Notes under the pieces: generated by a model
What the model saw: the letters and a program-made list of their open reading frames with translations, nothing else
Told to the model about the DNA's origin: nothing
Databases searched by the model: none
Shown here: piece after piece, positions 42,883 to 56,928 of the stretch
Position numbering within the stretch: position 1 is the first letter of the stretch
Layout: the number at the start of each line of letters is the position of its first letter
Origin: Eledone cirrhosa
Lineage: Eukaryota
Direction of reading: 5' to 3'
Length of the DNA stretch: 64,000 nucleotides
NCBI GenBank assembly: GCA_964016885.1
Contig: OZ024765.1
Span: forward strand, 19,034,001-19,098,000
Made by a program: the position numbers and the translations under genes

Positions 42883-42891
42883 ATATATATA

Positions 42892-42993
<102 letters not shown>

Positions 42994-43009
42994 CACACAC
43001 ATCACATGT

Positions 43010-43235
43010 ATTGATGGTGGGTTGGATGACGACGGTGGTGGGGTGGGGGCGGGGTGAGATGGTGGGGGTGTAGTGATGGTGGCGGCAGAGTGGTTTGGTG
43101 GTGGTGATGATAGTGGTGATGGAGGTGTTCGCGGTGGTCATTGATGGTGGTGGACCGGGGAGATATGGTGGCAGGGTGGTGGCAGGGTGGTGGTGGTGGT
43201 GGCAGGGTGGTGGTGGTGTTGGTGGCAGGTGGTAA
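43010..43235. repeat. (TGG)n low-complexity tract
   Basis: Direct reading. Confidence 0.85.
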
Positions 43236-43407
43236 ACCAAGTTGGTGTATATCGATCAACTAATGAAACGTGTGGACACAGATTGTATGATTCTTGTAGT
43301 GACTTAAGTCAATTGTGCATATATATATATATTATATTTACAAATATTTACATATATATAATTGTGTGCATATATGTATATAAATATACAAATATATATA
43401 TACATAT

Positions 43408-43484
<77 letters not shown>

Positions 43485-43607
43485 CATATACAAATATATA
43501 TATATATATACATATACAAATATATATATACATATACAAATATATATATATATACACATATACAAATATATATATATATATATACAAATATATATATATA
43601 TATATAT

Positions 43608-43650
<43 letters not shown>

Positions 43651-43839
43651 CAAATATATATATATACATATACAAATATATATATATATATACAAATATA
43701 TATATATATATACAAATATATATATATATATACAAATATATATATATATATACAAATATATATATATACAAATATATATATATAAATACAAATATATATA
43801 TATATATATATAGATATATATACATATACAAATATATAT

Positions 43840-44746
43840 ATTCTTCTACTCTTCTACCTGTTTCAGCCATCCGGCTGAGGCCATGCTGGGGCACTGCCCT
43901 TGTTGCTACACATTTTATCTCCAGCCTGTATAGGTTGGCCACTGGTGTAAGAGGGAGTTTGTTGCTGCTGCCCTTAGTTTTCCCTCGTGTCTTGCTGTGG
44001 GCTCATCCAGGATCCTGGATAACAAGGTGTCGAGATGTTTCTTGAAGACATCCACCTCCACGTCATGCAAATCTCACAGATCCCTCGGCAGCTTGTTGAA
44101 GAGTTGAGGGCCCTTGAATCCCAGGCTATTGCAATACCTGCTCCTTATTCTAGATGTAGAAGACGGGACCTTTGGCACCACACAGTGACGTCCTGTTTGA
44201 CGGTTGGTCCAGCTCCCAATGCCAAAGTTCGGTGCTAGTCCCTCCAGGATTTTCCACATGTAGATCACTGCGTATCTCTCCCCTCTTCGTTCCAAGGAGT
44301 AGAGGTTCAGTTCCTTCAGCCTCTCCCAGTAGCTTGTCTCCCTCATCTTGGCAATCCTCTTGGTGTAGCTTCGCTGGATTGCCTCAAGCTCCGTGGTTAG
44401 TTTGACACTATGGGGTGACCACAACTGGGAGCAGTAGTCCAAGCGGCTTAGGACAAATGTCCTCCATAGTGTCAACATGGTGTCTCGATCTCTTGTCCTC
44501 AAGATCCAGCCAGCAAGTCGTCTGCACATTGTCGCCACTTTCATGATGTGTGAAGAAAAAGATGCATCATCGCTCATGTCTATGCCCAGGTCTCGTATCG
44601 ATTTTGACACGGGGATATCGGTCCCTCCTGGTCCAGTGTAGTTGTGTTCCACTATATTTGTGTTTGCAGGTTTGTTTGGAGGTTTGTATTGTAGGGCTTG
44701 GAATTTGCCAGCATTAAACTGCATGTTGTTTTCGTCTGCCCATTTG
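43840..44746 (-). mobile_element. CR1-group LINE 3' fragment
   Basis: W...NNMQFN..K, RDLG, SRLDYCSQLWSP, LEAIQR..TK.I, SYWERLKELNLYSLERR. Tail AGTAGAAGA. Confidence 0.85.
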
Positions 44747-44778
<32 letters not shown>

Positions 44779-44784
44779 CAAATA

Positions 44785-45985
44785 TCATCATCATCATCAT
44801 CATCACCGTTTTACGTCTGTTCTTCCACGCTAGCATGGGTTAGACGGGTTGTCCTGTTGTGGGCAGTGTCTGGTCGGCTGACCATGCCTTGCTCATACAG
44901 GAACTGATCTGGCTTGATTTCTACAGCTGGATGCCCTTCCTAACACCAACCTCATTTACAGTGAGTGCTGGGTGCTTTTTCGTGGCGCCTACACGTCCAC
45001 TTTACAGTGCGGGCTGGGTGCTTTTTTGCCGTGGCACCTCCACGACCACCTTGCGGTGGGGGGGGGGGCATATTGTTTATATGCTTCAGCATGTACCCAT
45101 GGGAGGTCGGGTACCCTGTATTACTGCGTGACGCCAGAAGTCACGGTCGTGTGTCATTGACTTTGAGAGGTGTAGTTGGGTAAGGTCGGCTTTTATCACC
45201 TCATCCCAAGTCATCTTGGGTCTCCCCACTCCGCGGTTTCCATCAACTTCTAGTGCTCTGCACCTTTTTATGCAGCTGTCATCCTTCATACGCATCACAT
45301 GTCCATACCAGCGTAACCGCCTCTCCTGCACGCAGCATTTGATTCCTCTTATGCTCAGTCTCTCTCTCAATTCCTTTATGCTTTGTCGTTCACGTATATT
45401 ACTGTTACACATCCATCGGAGCATGCAGGCTTCGTTTCTCTCTAATCTACGTAAGTCTTCCACCTTCAGCGCCCAGGTCTCACTACCATGCAACATCGCT
45501 GTTCGGATACACGCATCATACAGTCTGCCTTTCATTCTGAGGGAGAAGCCTTTTGCAGCTAGCAGTGGTAGTAGTTCCCTAAACTTCTTCCATCCCGTTC
45601 TTACCCTAGTTATTGTACTTTCTGAGCACCCACCTCCGTTGCTAATTCGGTCACCTAGGTAGCAGAAGCTGTCTACTGTTTCTACAGGGCCCTCCCAGAG
45701 ATTGGTGGTACTTGTTTCCTGTGGCTGTTTGCTTGCTGTTTCAGCACAGCTGCTGCATGTGAATCCTACATTCTTAATTAAGCTTCCTGAGATCCCGCTA
45801 CATCTCTTGTGTACCCATTGTTTGCATTTGGGGCAGAGAATGGAGTTCCTACCTACACCTTTCCTACATACTGAGCAAGGCCATTTCCCTGAGGGGATCT
45901 GGGTTCTGTTTTCTCGTCTACTTATAAGGACCTTAGTCTTTGTCATGTTGACTTTGAGGCCCTTTCTCTCTAGTCCCTGCTTCCA
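44785..45985 (-). mobile_element. RTE LINE subfamily C, 5'-truncated, with SINE-like 3' UTR
   Basis: ORF part 45086-45985 with PHD finger. 44785-45055 matches the 3' half of the SINE at 37456. Confidence 0.88.
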
Positions 45986-46374
45986 TATATATACAAATAT
46001 ATATGGAATATATATATACAAATATATATCCAATATATATACAAATATATATATATACATATACAAATATATATATATAAACAAATACATATATATATAG
46101 AGATACAAATACATATACAAATATATATACAAATACAAATATATATACATATACAAATACATATACAAATATATATATATAAACAAATATATATATATAT
46201 ATACAAATATATATATACAAATAAGGGGTCTTACTTTTTCTTATTACCCACTCTACTACCCTAAGTATTGAGTACTTTGGTGCGTTATGGTCCACCTGGT
46301 TCCTTACCACATTTCTTTCGTTATATATATATATATATATATACAAATATATATATATATATATATATATACAA

Positions 46375-46405
<31 letters not shown>

Positions 46406-46512
46406 TATATACAAATATATATATATATATACATATATATACAAATATATATATATATACAAATATATATATATATACAAATATATATATATATATATAC
46501 AAATATATATAT

Positions 46513-46957
<445 letters not shown>

Positions 46958-47493
46958 TGAAACAAAATGAAAACGAAATTTCATTTCTCACTCTTAGTAT
47001 GGCACTTACTTAAATGTAAGTATGCATGTATACGTACATACATATATGTATACAGGCGTACAGTAGCATGCACATATATATATATATATATACATATGCA
47101 TACAGGTACACATACATATATGCACGTATCAGTTTAGCGGCGCTTATTATAACGTCGCTTTATTCGTTTGTAAACAAACTGAACAGCCTGAATTTATGCC
47201 ATACGGTGTTAAGGCAACCATATATATATATATATATATATATACAAATATATATATATATATATACAAATATATATATATATATACATATACAAATATA
47301 TATATATACAAATATATATATATATACATATACAAATATATATATATATACATATACAAATATATATATATATATACAAATATATATATATATATACATA
47401 TACAAATATATATATATATATACAAATATATATATATATATACATATACAAATATATATATATATATATATACAAATATATATATATATACAA

Positions 47494-47571
<78 letters not shown>

Positions 47572-47929
47572 TGCTTATTTTTATATTCAAACTCCTAATA
47601 AGGTTTAATTTGTGTAGTTGAACATAGATGTGCGTATTGTTGTATGTGTGTGTGTGTGTGTGCGCGCACATATATACATGTATATTGTACCTTTTGATTT
47701 TTAATTGTAATTTTAATGTTGGTAAAGGTATATTATTATAATGTATTATATTATATTACATTGTGTTATATATAATTCCTGCTCTATATAACCACATTTG
47801 TTTAGCTTTAGGTTAGTTGCTTTGGACTATATTTGTAATATGGTTCTTAATGTTATATACATCCTTAGTTATTCTTATTATATATTTTTATTATTTTTAT
47901 TTTTATTATATATTTTTGCAATACTTTAG

Positions 47930-48086
47930 TGTATGTACACTCCATATTCTTCGGAGCTTCCGGCTTGTATCTGCCGATATTACTTCTTGTTGTTTTAATT
48001 GCCCTGATGAGTCCTTAATAGGACGAAACATTGTCCGCTAAAAAAAACTTTTGATGTATTGAAGGCTTCTTTGTTTTACTCTCTTA

Positions 48087-48088
<2 letters not shown>
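47930..48088 (+). mobile_element. PLE-type end with hammerhead (core at 48004)
   Basis: Same family as 12199 and 31673. Stem I carries a mismatch. Confidence 0.78.
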
Positions 48089-48157
<69 letters not shown>

Positions 48158-48359
48158 CATATACATATATATATATACATATACATATACAAATATATAT
48201 ATACATATACAAATATATATATACATATACAAATATATATACATACATATACAAATATATATATATATACATACATATACATATACAAATATATATATAC
48301 ATATATATATATATACATATACAAATATATATACATATACATATATATATACATATACA

Positions 48360-48412
<53 letters not shown>

Positions 48413-48556
48413 ATATATATACAAATATATATATATAGACAAATATATATATATATACATATATATACAAATATATATATATATATACAAATATATATAT
48501 ATATATATATTCAAATATATATATATATATATATATACAAATATATATATATATAT

Positions 48557-48623
<67 letters not shown>

Positions 48624-48800
48624 AATATATATATATATATATATATACAAATATATATATATATATATATATACAAATATATATATATATATATATACAA
48701 ATATATATATATATATATATATACAAATATATATATATATATATATATACAAATATATATATATATATATATATACAAATATATATATATATATATATAT

Positions 48801-48831
<31 letters not shown>

Positions 48832-48856
48832 CAAATATATATATATATATATATAT

Positions 48857-48891
<35 letters not shown>

Positions 48892-49226
48892 AATATATAT
48901 ATATATATATATATACAAATATATATATATATATATATATACAAATATATATATATATATATATATACAAATATATATATATATATATATACAAATATAT
49001 ATATATATATATATACAAATATATATATATATATACAAATATATATATATATATACAAATATATATATATATATACAAATATATATATATATATACAAAT
49101 ATATATATATATATACAAATATATATATATATATACAAATATATATATATATATATACAAATATATATATATATATATAAAAATATATATATAAATATAT
49201 ATATATATATACAAATATATATATAT

Positions 49227-49316
<90 letters not shown>

Positions 49317-49380
49317 GTAATAATAATAAATTTGAAGACTAAAATCCAAAGAGGGCTCGATAAGGTTAAATATATATCAA

Positions 49381-49413
<33 letters not shown>

Positions 49414-49420
49414 TGTACAA
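48088..49420. repeat. (TA)n array with CAAA interruptions
   Basis: Direct reading. The same motif occurs at 43370-43840 and 45985-47570. Confidence 0.95.
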
Positions 49421-49634
49421 TATATGTACAATATATTAATAAATATATGTACAATATATTAATAAATGGAAACTATATTTATAAAACCATATTTACTTTA
49501 TTATATATATATTAAATATAGTTTCCATTTATTAATATATTGTATATTTACTGCACTAACCTGTTGAGTGCTTTATATTAGTTATAAAAATGTTTAAGCT
49601 TGTTGAATCCCAACAAATTAAATATAACCTCTGC

Positions 49635-49685
<51 letters not shown>

Positions 49686-49982
49686 CAAAGAGATATTTAA
49701 TTTGCTGGTAATTCAACAAATTTATTTATTATAACAGATTCGAAGCACTCTACAGATTTTTCTTGAGAATATCAATGATATTAATAAATGGAGCCTATAT
49801 TTATAAAACCATATTTATTTTATTATATATATCTCAAGGGTAACAAAAAACTTTGGTATGCTTTCATCATGGAACCTGAACCGTTATGGTCTGGTTTATT
49901 GTGTATGCAACTATTTATATGCTTTCCAGTGGTGATAATGCTGATGATGATGATGATGTTAAAATATTCGAGAGTACTTTAC

Positions 49983-50052
49983 CTGTAGATCAGCTTTAAT
50001 AGGGACCAGACAACAGCAAGGACCAATAAACCCCCAAATATGAACAATATGG
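49983..50052 (-). CDS. Candidate 70-nt host-gene exon (possible transmembrane helix)
   Basis: Acceptor TTTTTCTCTCTCTTTGCAG, donor CAG|GTAAAG. Two frames are open: xILFIFGGLLVLAVVWSLLKLIY or HIVHIWGFIGPCCCLVPIKADLQ. Confidence 0.5.
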
Positions 50053-50192
50053 CTGCAAAGAGAGAGAAAAATCAGATATTACAACTACAGACCTCACAGT
50101 TGCATAAGAGAAACCCTATACTTTATGTTGATTATTGTGGGACTTAATGCATGCTTTTATTTCATCAGCTCTAGTTATTTTATTTTATTATT

Positions 50193-50382
50193 GGTGGATT
50201 GGCAGTATCGGTAGAGGGTCAGACACCATGCCTTGCAGCAGAGAGTTACGTCCCTTTACGATCTGAGTTCAAATCCCGCCGAGGTTGACTTTGCCTTTCA
50301 TCCTTACGGGGTCGATAAAATAAAGTACCAGTAATACACTGGATAATTGCTGGCCTTGTGCCTATAGTAGAAACAATTATTA
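50193..50382 (+). mobile_element. Meta-type SINE
   Basis: Copy of 2420-2606, with TTA repeats on both sides. Confidence 0.8.
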
Positions 50383-50507
50383 CATTGAGCTATTTATCTT
50401 ACTGGTAATAAGGTAGTAATAAATTACTGTCTTTCACTGTTTAGGGTTTAAAATATATATAACTATAAATAGTTTTAGTATATACATAACCATAAATAGT
50501 ATCCTTA

Positions 50508-50548
<41 letters not shown>

Positions 50549-50638
50549 GGGTGGACGATATTTGTTCGCAATTTTCAACTGCTAATTTTATGCAAATCTT
50601 TTTTACATACACCAATATATATATACACACACACACCA

Positions 50639-50672
<34 letters not shown>

Positions 50673-51123
50673 CAATACATATACACACACACCAATATAT
50701 ACACACACACACACCAATACACACACACCAATATATATACACACACACCAATATATACACACACACACACCAATATACACACACACACACCAATATACAC
50801 ACACACACACCAATATACACACACACACACCAATATATATACACACACACCAATATATATACACACACACCAATATATATATATATATATATACACACAT
50901 ATCCATTAGCTTAGTCAGTCATGTGACATAACTGGTTGTAATTAACTTATTGTGGTTTAATGTCTTACGTGGAGGAATTTACAGTTGCTATGGTTATATG
51001 TCATTACTATGGCGACCTATGGTTACTATAGTTAACTATGGTTGCTATAGTTACCTACAGTTACTTTACCTACCTCTAGTCACTCTCATTACTATGGTTA
51101 CTATGGTTACTATACTGCAGTTG

Positions 51124-52074
51124 CTATAGCTACCTTTAATTGCTCTAGTAACCATAGTTTCTATAGATAACGTTGCTATAGCTACCTATAGTTACTGTAG
51201 ACCTACCCACAGATACTATAGTCATGTCTATGGTTGCTATAGTTACCTATAGTTACTGTAGACCTACCCACAGATACTATAGTCATGTCTATGGTTGCTA
51301 TAGTTACCTATGGTTACTGTAGAGCTACCCACAGATACTATAATCATGTCTATGGTTGCTATAGTTACCTATGGTTACTGTAGACCTACCCACAGATACT
51401 ATAGTCATGTTTATGGTTGCTATAGTTACCCATGGTTACTGTAGAGCTACCCACAGATACTATAGTCATGTCTATGGTTGCTATAGCTACCTATTGTTAC
51501 TGTAGAGCTACCCACAGATACTATAGTCATGTCTATGGTTGCTCTAGTTACCTATGGTTACTGTAGAGCTACCCACAGATACTATAGTCATGTCTATGGT
51601 TGCTATAGTTACCCATGGTTACTGTAGAGCTACCCACAGATACTATAGTCATGTCTATGGTTGCTATAGTTACCTATGGTTACTGTAGAGCTACCCACAG
51701 ATACTATAGTCATGTCTATGGTTGCTATAGTTACCCATGGTTACTGTAGAGCTACCCACAGATACTATAGTCATGTCTATGGTTGCTATAGCTACCTATT
51801 GTTACTGTAGAGCTACCCACAGATACTATAGTCATGTCTATGGTTGCTATAGTTACCTATGGTTACTGTAGAGCTACCCACAGATACTATAGTCATGTCT
51901 ATGGTTGCTATAGTTACCCATGGTTACTGTAGAGCTACCCACAGATACTATAGTCATGTCTATGGTTGCTATAGCTACCTATTGTTACTGTAGAGCTACC
52001 CACAGATACTATAGTCATGTCTATGGTTGCTATAGTTACCTTTAATTGCTCTAGTAACCATAGTTTCTATAGAT
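51124..52074. repeat. 61-bp minisatellite, ~14 copies
   Basis: Unit GGTTGCTATAGTTACCTATGGTTACTGTAGAGCTACCCACAGATACTATAGTCATGTCTAT, embedded in degenerate 9-10-bp TATAGTTAC repeats. Confidence 0.95.
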
Positions 52075-52156
52075 GTCGTTGCTATAACTACCTACAGTTA
52101 CTATAACTACGTATGGTTACTGTACAGTTTTTCATCAGTTACTCTCATAATGTCTG

Positions 52157-52396
52157 TTGCCTTTCATCCTTACGGGGTCGATAAAATAAAGCATCAGTAA
52201 TACACTGGGGTAATTGCTGGCCTTGTGTCAAAAGTAGAAACAATTATTACGGGGTCGATAAAATAAAGTACCAGTAATACACTGGTATAATTGCTGGCCT
52301 TGTGCCAAAAGTAGAAACAATTATTACGGGGACGATAAAATAAAGTACCAGTAATGCACTGGGTAATTGCTGGCCTTGTGCCTAAAGTAGAAACAA
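52157..52396 (+). repeat. Three tandem ~80-bp 3' halves of the Meta-type SINE
   Basis: TTACGGGGTCGATAAAATAAAGTACCAG..GGCCTTGTGCC.AAAGTAGAAACAA occurs three times. Confidence 0.85.
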
Positions 52397-52589
52397 GTAA
52401 TAACACATATAACAGCTTACATAACAATCTAGACCTCACAGGCCTTTACACATTTGTAGTGAAACATGTGTAAGTAAATCTTCTGCATCAATAAGTTCTT
52501 CTTCAACCTAGTATAGTATAATTTGTAATTGTTTCTACTTTAGGCACAAGGCAAGCAATTACCCAGTTCAATGATTCCCAGTCTATATT

Positions 52590-52935
52590 GTATATATATA
52601 TAGAGAGAAAGATATATTATATATATATATATAGAGAGAGAGAGAGAAAGATATATTATATATATATATATAGAGAGAGAGAGAGAAAGATATATTATAT
52701 ATGTATATATATATTATATATGTATATATATATATATAGAAAGATATATTATATATATATATATATATATAGAAAGATATATTATATATATATATATATA
52801 TATAGAAAGATATATTATATATATATATATATATATAGAAAGATATATTATATATATATATATATAGAAAGATATATTATATATATATATATATATATAT
52901 AGAAAGATATATTATATATATATATATATAGAAAG

Positions 52936-52972
<37 letters not shown>

Positions 52973-53275
52973 AGATATATTATATATATATATATATAGA
53001 AAGATATATTATATATATATATATATATAGAAAGATATATTATATATATATATATAGAAAGATATATTATATATATATATATAGAAAGATATATTATATA
53101 TATATATAGAAAGATATATTATATATATATATATAGAAAGATATATTATATATATATATATAGAAAGATATATTATATATATATATATAGAAAGATATAT
53201 TATATATATATACATAGAAAGATATATTATATATATATATATAGAAAGATATATTATATATATATATATAGAAAG

Positions 53276-53314
<39 letters not shown>

Positions 53315-53343
53315 AGATATATTATATATATATATATAGAAAG

Positions 53344-53384
<41 letters not shown>

Positions 53385-53413
53385 AGATATATTATATATA
53401 TATATATAGAAAG

Positions 53414-53454
<41 letters not shown>

Positions 53455-53973
53455 AGATATATTATATATACATATATATATATATAGAAAGATATATTAT
53501 ATATATATATATATATATATAGAAAGATATATTATATATATATATAGAGAAAGATATATTATATATATATATATATATAGAAAGATATATTATATATATA
53601 TATATATAGAAAGATATATTATATATATATATATAGAAAGATATATTATATATATATATATATATAGAAATATATATTATATATATATATATATATATAG
53701 AAAGATATATTATATATATATATATATATAGAAAGATATATTATATATATATATATATATATAGAAAGATATATTATATATATATATATATAGAAAGATA
53801 TATTATATATATATATATATAGAAAGATATATTATATATATATATAGAAAGATATATTATATATATATATATATATATAGAAAGATATATTATATATATA
53901 TATATAGAAAGATATATTATATATATATATATATATAGAAAGATATATTATATATATATATATATATAGAAAG

Positions 53974-54014
<41 letters not shown>

Positions 54015-54016
54015 AG

Positions 54017-54052
<36 letters not shown>

Positions 54053-54053
54053 G

Positions 54054-54089
<36 letters not shown>

Positions 54090-54090
54090 G

Positions 54091-54129
<39 letters not shown>

Positions 54130-54131
54130 AG

Positions 54132-54170
<39 letters not shown>

Positions 54171-54205
54171 AGATATATTATATATATATATATATATATA
54201 GAAAG

Positions 54206-54246
<41 letters not shown>

Positions 54247-54248
54247 AG

Positions 54249-54287
<39 letters not shown>

Positions 54288-54340
54288 AGATATATTATAT
54301 ATATATATAGAAAGATATATATAGATAGATATATATATAT
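52590..54340. repeat. (TA)n array punctuated by GAAAGATATATT
   Basis: Direct reading. Confidence 0.95.
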
Positions 54341-54396
54341 AATACAATTCTCGCTGAATTTATATTTATATACATGCATATATATATATATATACA

Positions 54397-54427
<31 letters not shown>

Positions 54428-54658
54428 TGCAAGCAGGGAAAAGCAGACGTAAAATGAAAAATGAAAAAATGAAAAATGAATATATCCCAATAGCTTATTT
54501 TAGTTATTGCTCGCACCAACCTGAGGTATCTGATTTTTAATGTGATGAAATACCAATGATGGTTGGCAAATCACTGATGAGGGACTAATTTTATAATATG
54601 TAACCCATGTACAACCATGTAGAATTCTTCTCCCCATGTTTTTCATATATATATATAT

Positions 54659-54797
54659 ATTTCGTTTCTGAATTTGTTTAGCAAGATTCTTTATCTGAAA
54701 TCGTGTGTTGAAACCGATATTGTTATACTTTGGGAGGGTCATGTTGCCATGCGTGTGTTTCTTATTGGCAACATGACCCTCCCAAAGTATAACATAT
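54659..54797. mobile_element. Fragment of the 1269/56478 family ending in a 29-bp inverted repeat
   Basis: 54721-54749 is the reverse complement of 54766-54794. Confidence 0.7.
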
Positions 54798-54820
54798 ATA
54801 CATGCATATATATATATACA

Positions 54821-54850
<30 letters not shown>

Positions 54851-54851
<1 letters not shown>

Positions 54852-55235
54852 GGTGGAAGTGGTGGTGGTGGTGGTAGTGGTGATCGTGGTGATCGTGGTG
54901 CTGGTAGCGGTGGTTGTGATGGTGGTGCTGGTAGCGGTGGTTGTGGTGGTGGTGTGGTGTGGTGGTGTTGCTGGTAGTGGTGGTGTTGTTGGTGGTGGTG
55001 GTGTGGTGGTGTTGGTGGTGTGGTGGTGGTCATGTTGGTGGTTGTGGTGGTAGTGGTGGTGGTGGTGGTGGTGGTGTTGGTAATGGTGGTAGTGGTGGTG
55101 GTGGTAGTGGTGTTAGTAATGGTGGTAGTGGAGGTGGTGGTTTGTGGTGTAGAGGTGGTGTAGTGGTGGTAGTGGTGGAGGTGGTAGCAGTGGTGGTGGT
55201 GGTAGTGCTGATGGTGGTGGTGCTGGTATTGGTGA
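54851..55235. repeat. (TGG)n low-complexity tract
   Basis: Direct reading. Confidence 0.9.
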
Positions 55236-55393
55236 GGTTACATTCCTAAAGCTCCTGCGAAGAATGAAAAACCACAATTATTGAACGTGGTCTATAAAAA
55301 TGCCTATAATAGTAAAAATATAACGTAAAATATAATAGAAAAAGAGGGAGCATCTTATGCGAAGGGGAGTGCAATAGGTCGGAAAATATGGTA

Positions 55394-55739
55394 TCATCAT
55401 CATCATCATCATTTCATTTTACGTCCACTTTTCCCTGCTTGCAAGGGTGGGACGGGAACTGATTCTGGCTTGATATCTACAGCTGGATGCCCTCCCTAAC
55501 ACCAACCTCATTTACAGTGAGTGCTGGGTGCTTTTTTGCCGTGGCACCTCCATGACCACTTTACAGTGGAATGATAGGGACCCCAGTGCCTATCATCTCA
55601 TTTCTACAGCTGAGTAAACTGGAGCAATGTGAAATAAAGTGTCTTGCTCAAGGAAACAACACATCACCCGGTCTGAGAATTGAACTCACAACCTTTCGAT
55701 TGCAAGACCAATGCTCTAACCACTAAGCCATATGCCTCC
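55394..55739 (-). mobile_element. CORE-type SINE
   Basis: Full match to the family. Confidence 0.88.
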
Positions 55740-55792
55740 ATTATATTGTTGTTAATAATTTAGAGTTAAAAATATATATATTGACACGGAAT

Positions 55793-56447
55793 CATGTAGG
55801 TGACACAACAAAAAGTACCCAGTCCACACTGTAAAGTAGTCATGTAGGTGACACAACAAAAAGTACCCAGTCCACACTGTAAAGTGGTCATGTAGGTGAC
55901 ACAACAAAAAGTAACCAGTCCACACTGTAAAGTGGTCATGTAGGTGACAACAAAAAGCTCTTAGTCCACACTGTAAAGTAGTCATGTAGGTGACACAACA
56001 AAAAGTACCCAGTCCACACTGTAAAGTGGTCATGTAGGTGACACAACAAAAAGTACCCAGTCCACACTGTAAAGTGGTCATGTAGGTGACAACAAAAAGC
56101 TCCTAGTCCACACTGTAAAGTAGTCATGTAGGTGACACAACAAAAAGTACCCAGTCCACACTGTAAAGTGGTCATGTAGGTGACACAACAAAAAGTACCC
56201 AGTCCACACTGTAAAGTGGTCATGTAGGTGACACAACAAAAAGTACCCAGTCCACACTGTAAAGTGGTCATGTAGGTGACAACAAAAAGCTCCTAGTCCA
56301 CACTGTAAAGTGGTCATGTAGGTGACACAACAAAAAGCACCCAGTCCACACTGTAAAGTGGTCATGTAGGTGACACAACAAAAAGCACCCAGTCCACACT
56401 GTAAAGTGGTCGTATAGGTGACACAACAAAAAGCTCCCAGTCCACAA
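55793..56447 (+). repeat. 48/46-bp minisatellite, ~14 copies, SINE-body derived
   Basis: Unit CATGTAGGTGACACAACAAAAAGTACCCAGTCCACACTGTAAAGTGGT resembles SINE GGAGGTGCCACGGCAAAAAAGCACCCAGCACTCACTGTAAA. Confidence 0.92.
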
Positions 56448-56477
56448 TTCAGCTTGTAATATATATATATATATAAC

Positions 56478-56830
56478 GGCGATGAATTAGTTATGCGAGG
56501 TTTTTGACATGAAATCGTGTGTCGAAACAAATATTGTTATACTTGGGGAGGGTCATATTGTTGTAATAATATTGCCTGAAATAATAACAGAACACACTCA
56601 CTGTTTGGTTGGTTTTCGCTTCTGTATCTTTTATATCGGTTAATTTAATTTATTCAGTCCTCAATGTTTACCATTGACTGACCGACGGTCAAAAATACAG
56701 ATATAATATAGACACAAACACATATATATAGTCTAACAAAGTTCTTTCGTTGCACATCTGCAACATCGTCAGTGGTACTATTATGTTTCCTGCTGTTGTA
56801 TCGTATGCCGACGCCATCTTTATTTAGTTT
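56478..56830 (-). mobile_element. Hammerhead-bearing repeat (motif 56726-56782)
   Basis: Reverse complement reads CTGACGA T GTTGCA gatg TGCAAC GAAA GAAC TT. Confidence 0.65.
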
Positions 56831-56896
56831 GTTTGTTTATTTTTTTTTTTTGTCTTCTCTGCACATGCGTTTGCGTGTGTGCATAGTGTTTGATAT

Positions 56897-56928
<32 letters not shown>

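Noticed and set aside
54851-55275. Pro/Thr-rich exon after a good-looking acceptor (minus, ~55253)
   Set aside because: The body is (TGG)n low complexity with frame drift and no convincing donor, so it cannot be supported without RNA data.
55793-56447. CRISPR-like regular arrays (also 51124-52074, 30375-30927, 52590-54340)
   Set aside because: The units are contiguous tandem repeats without unique spacers, there are no cas genes, and the context is eukaryotic.
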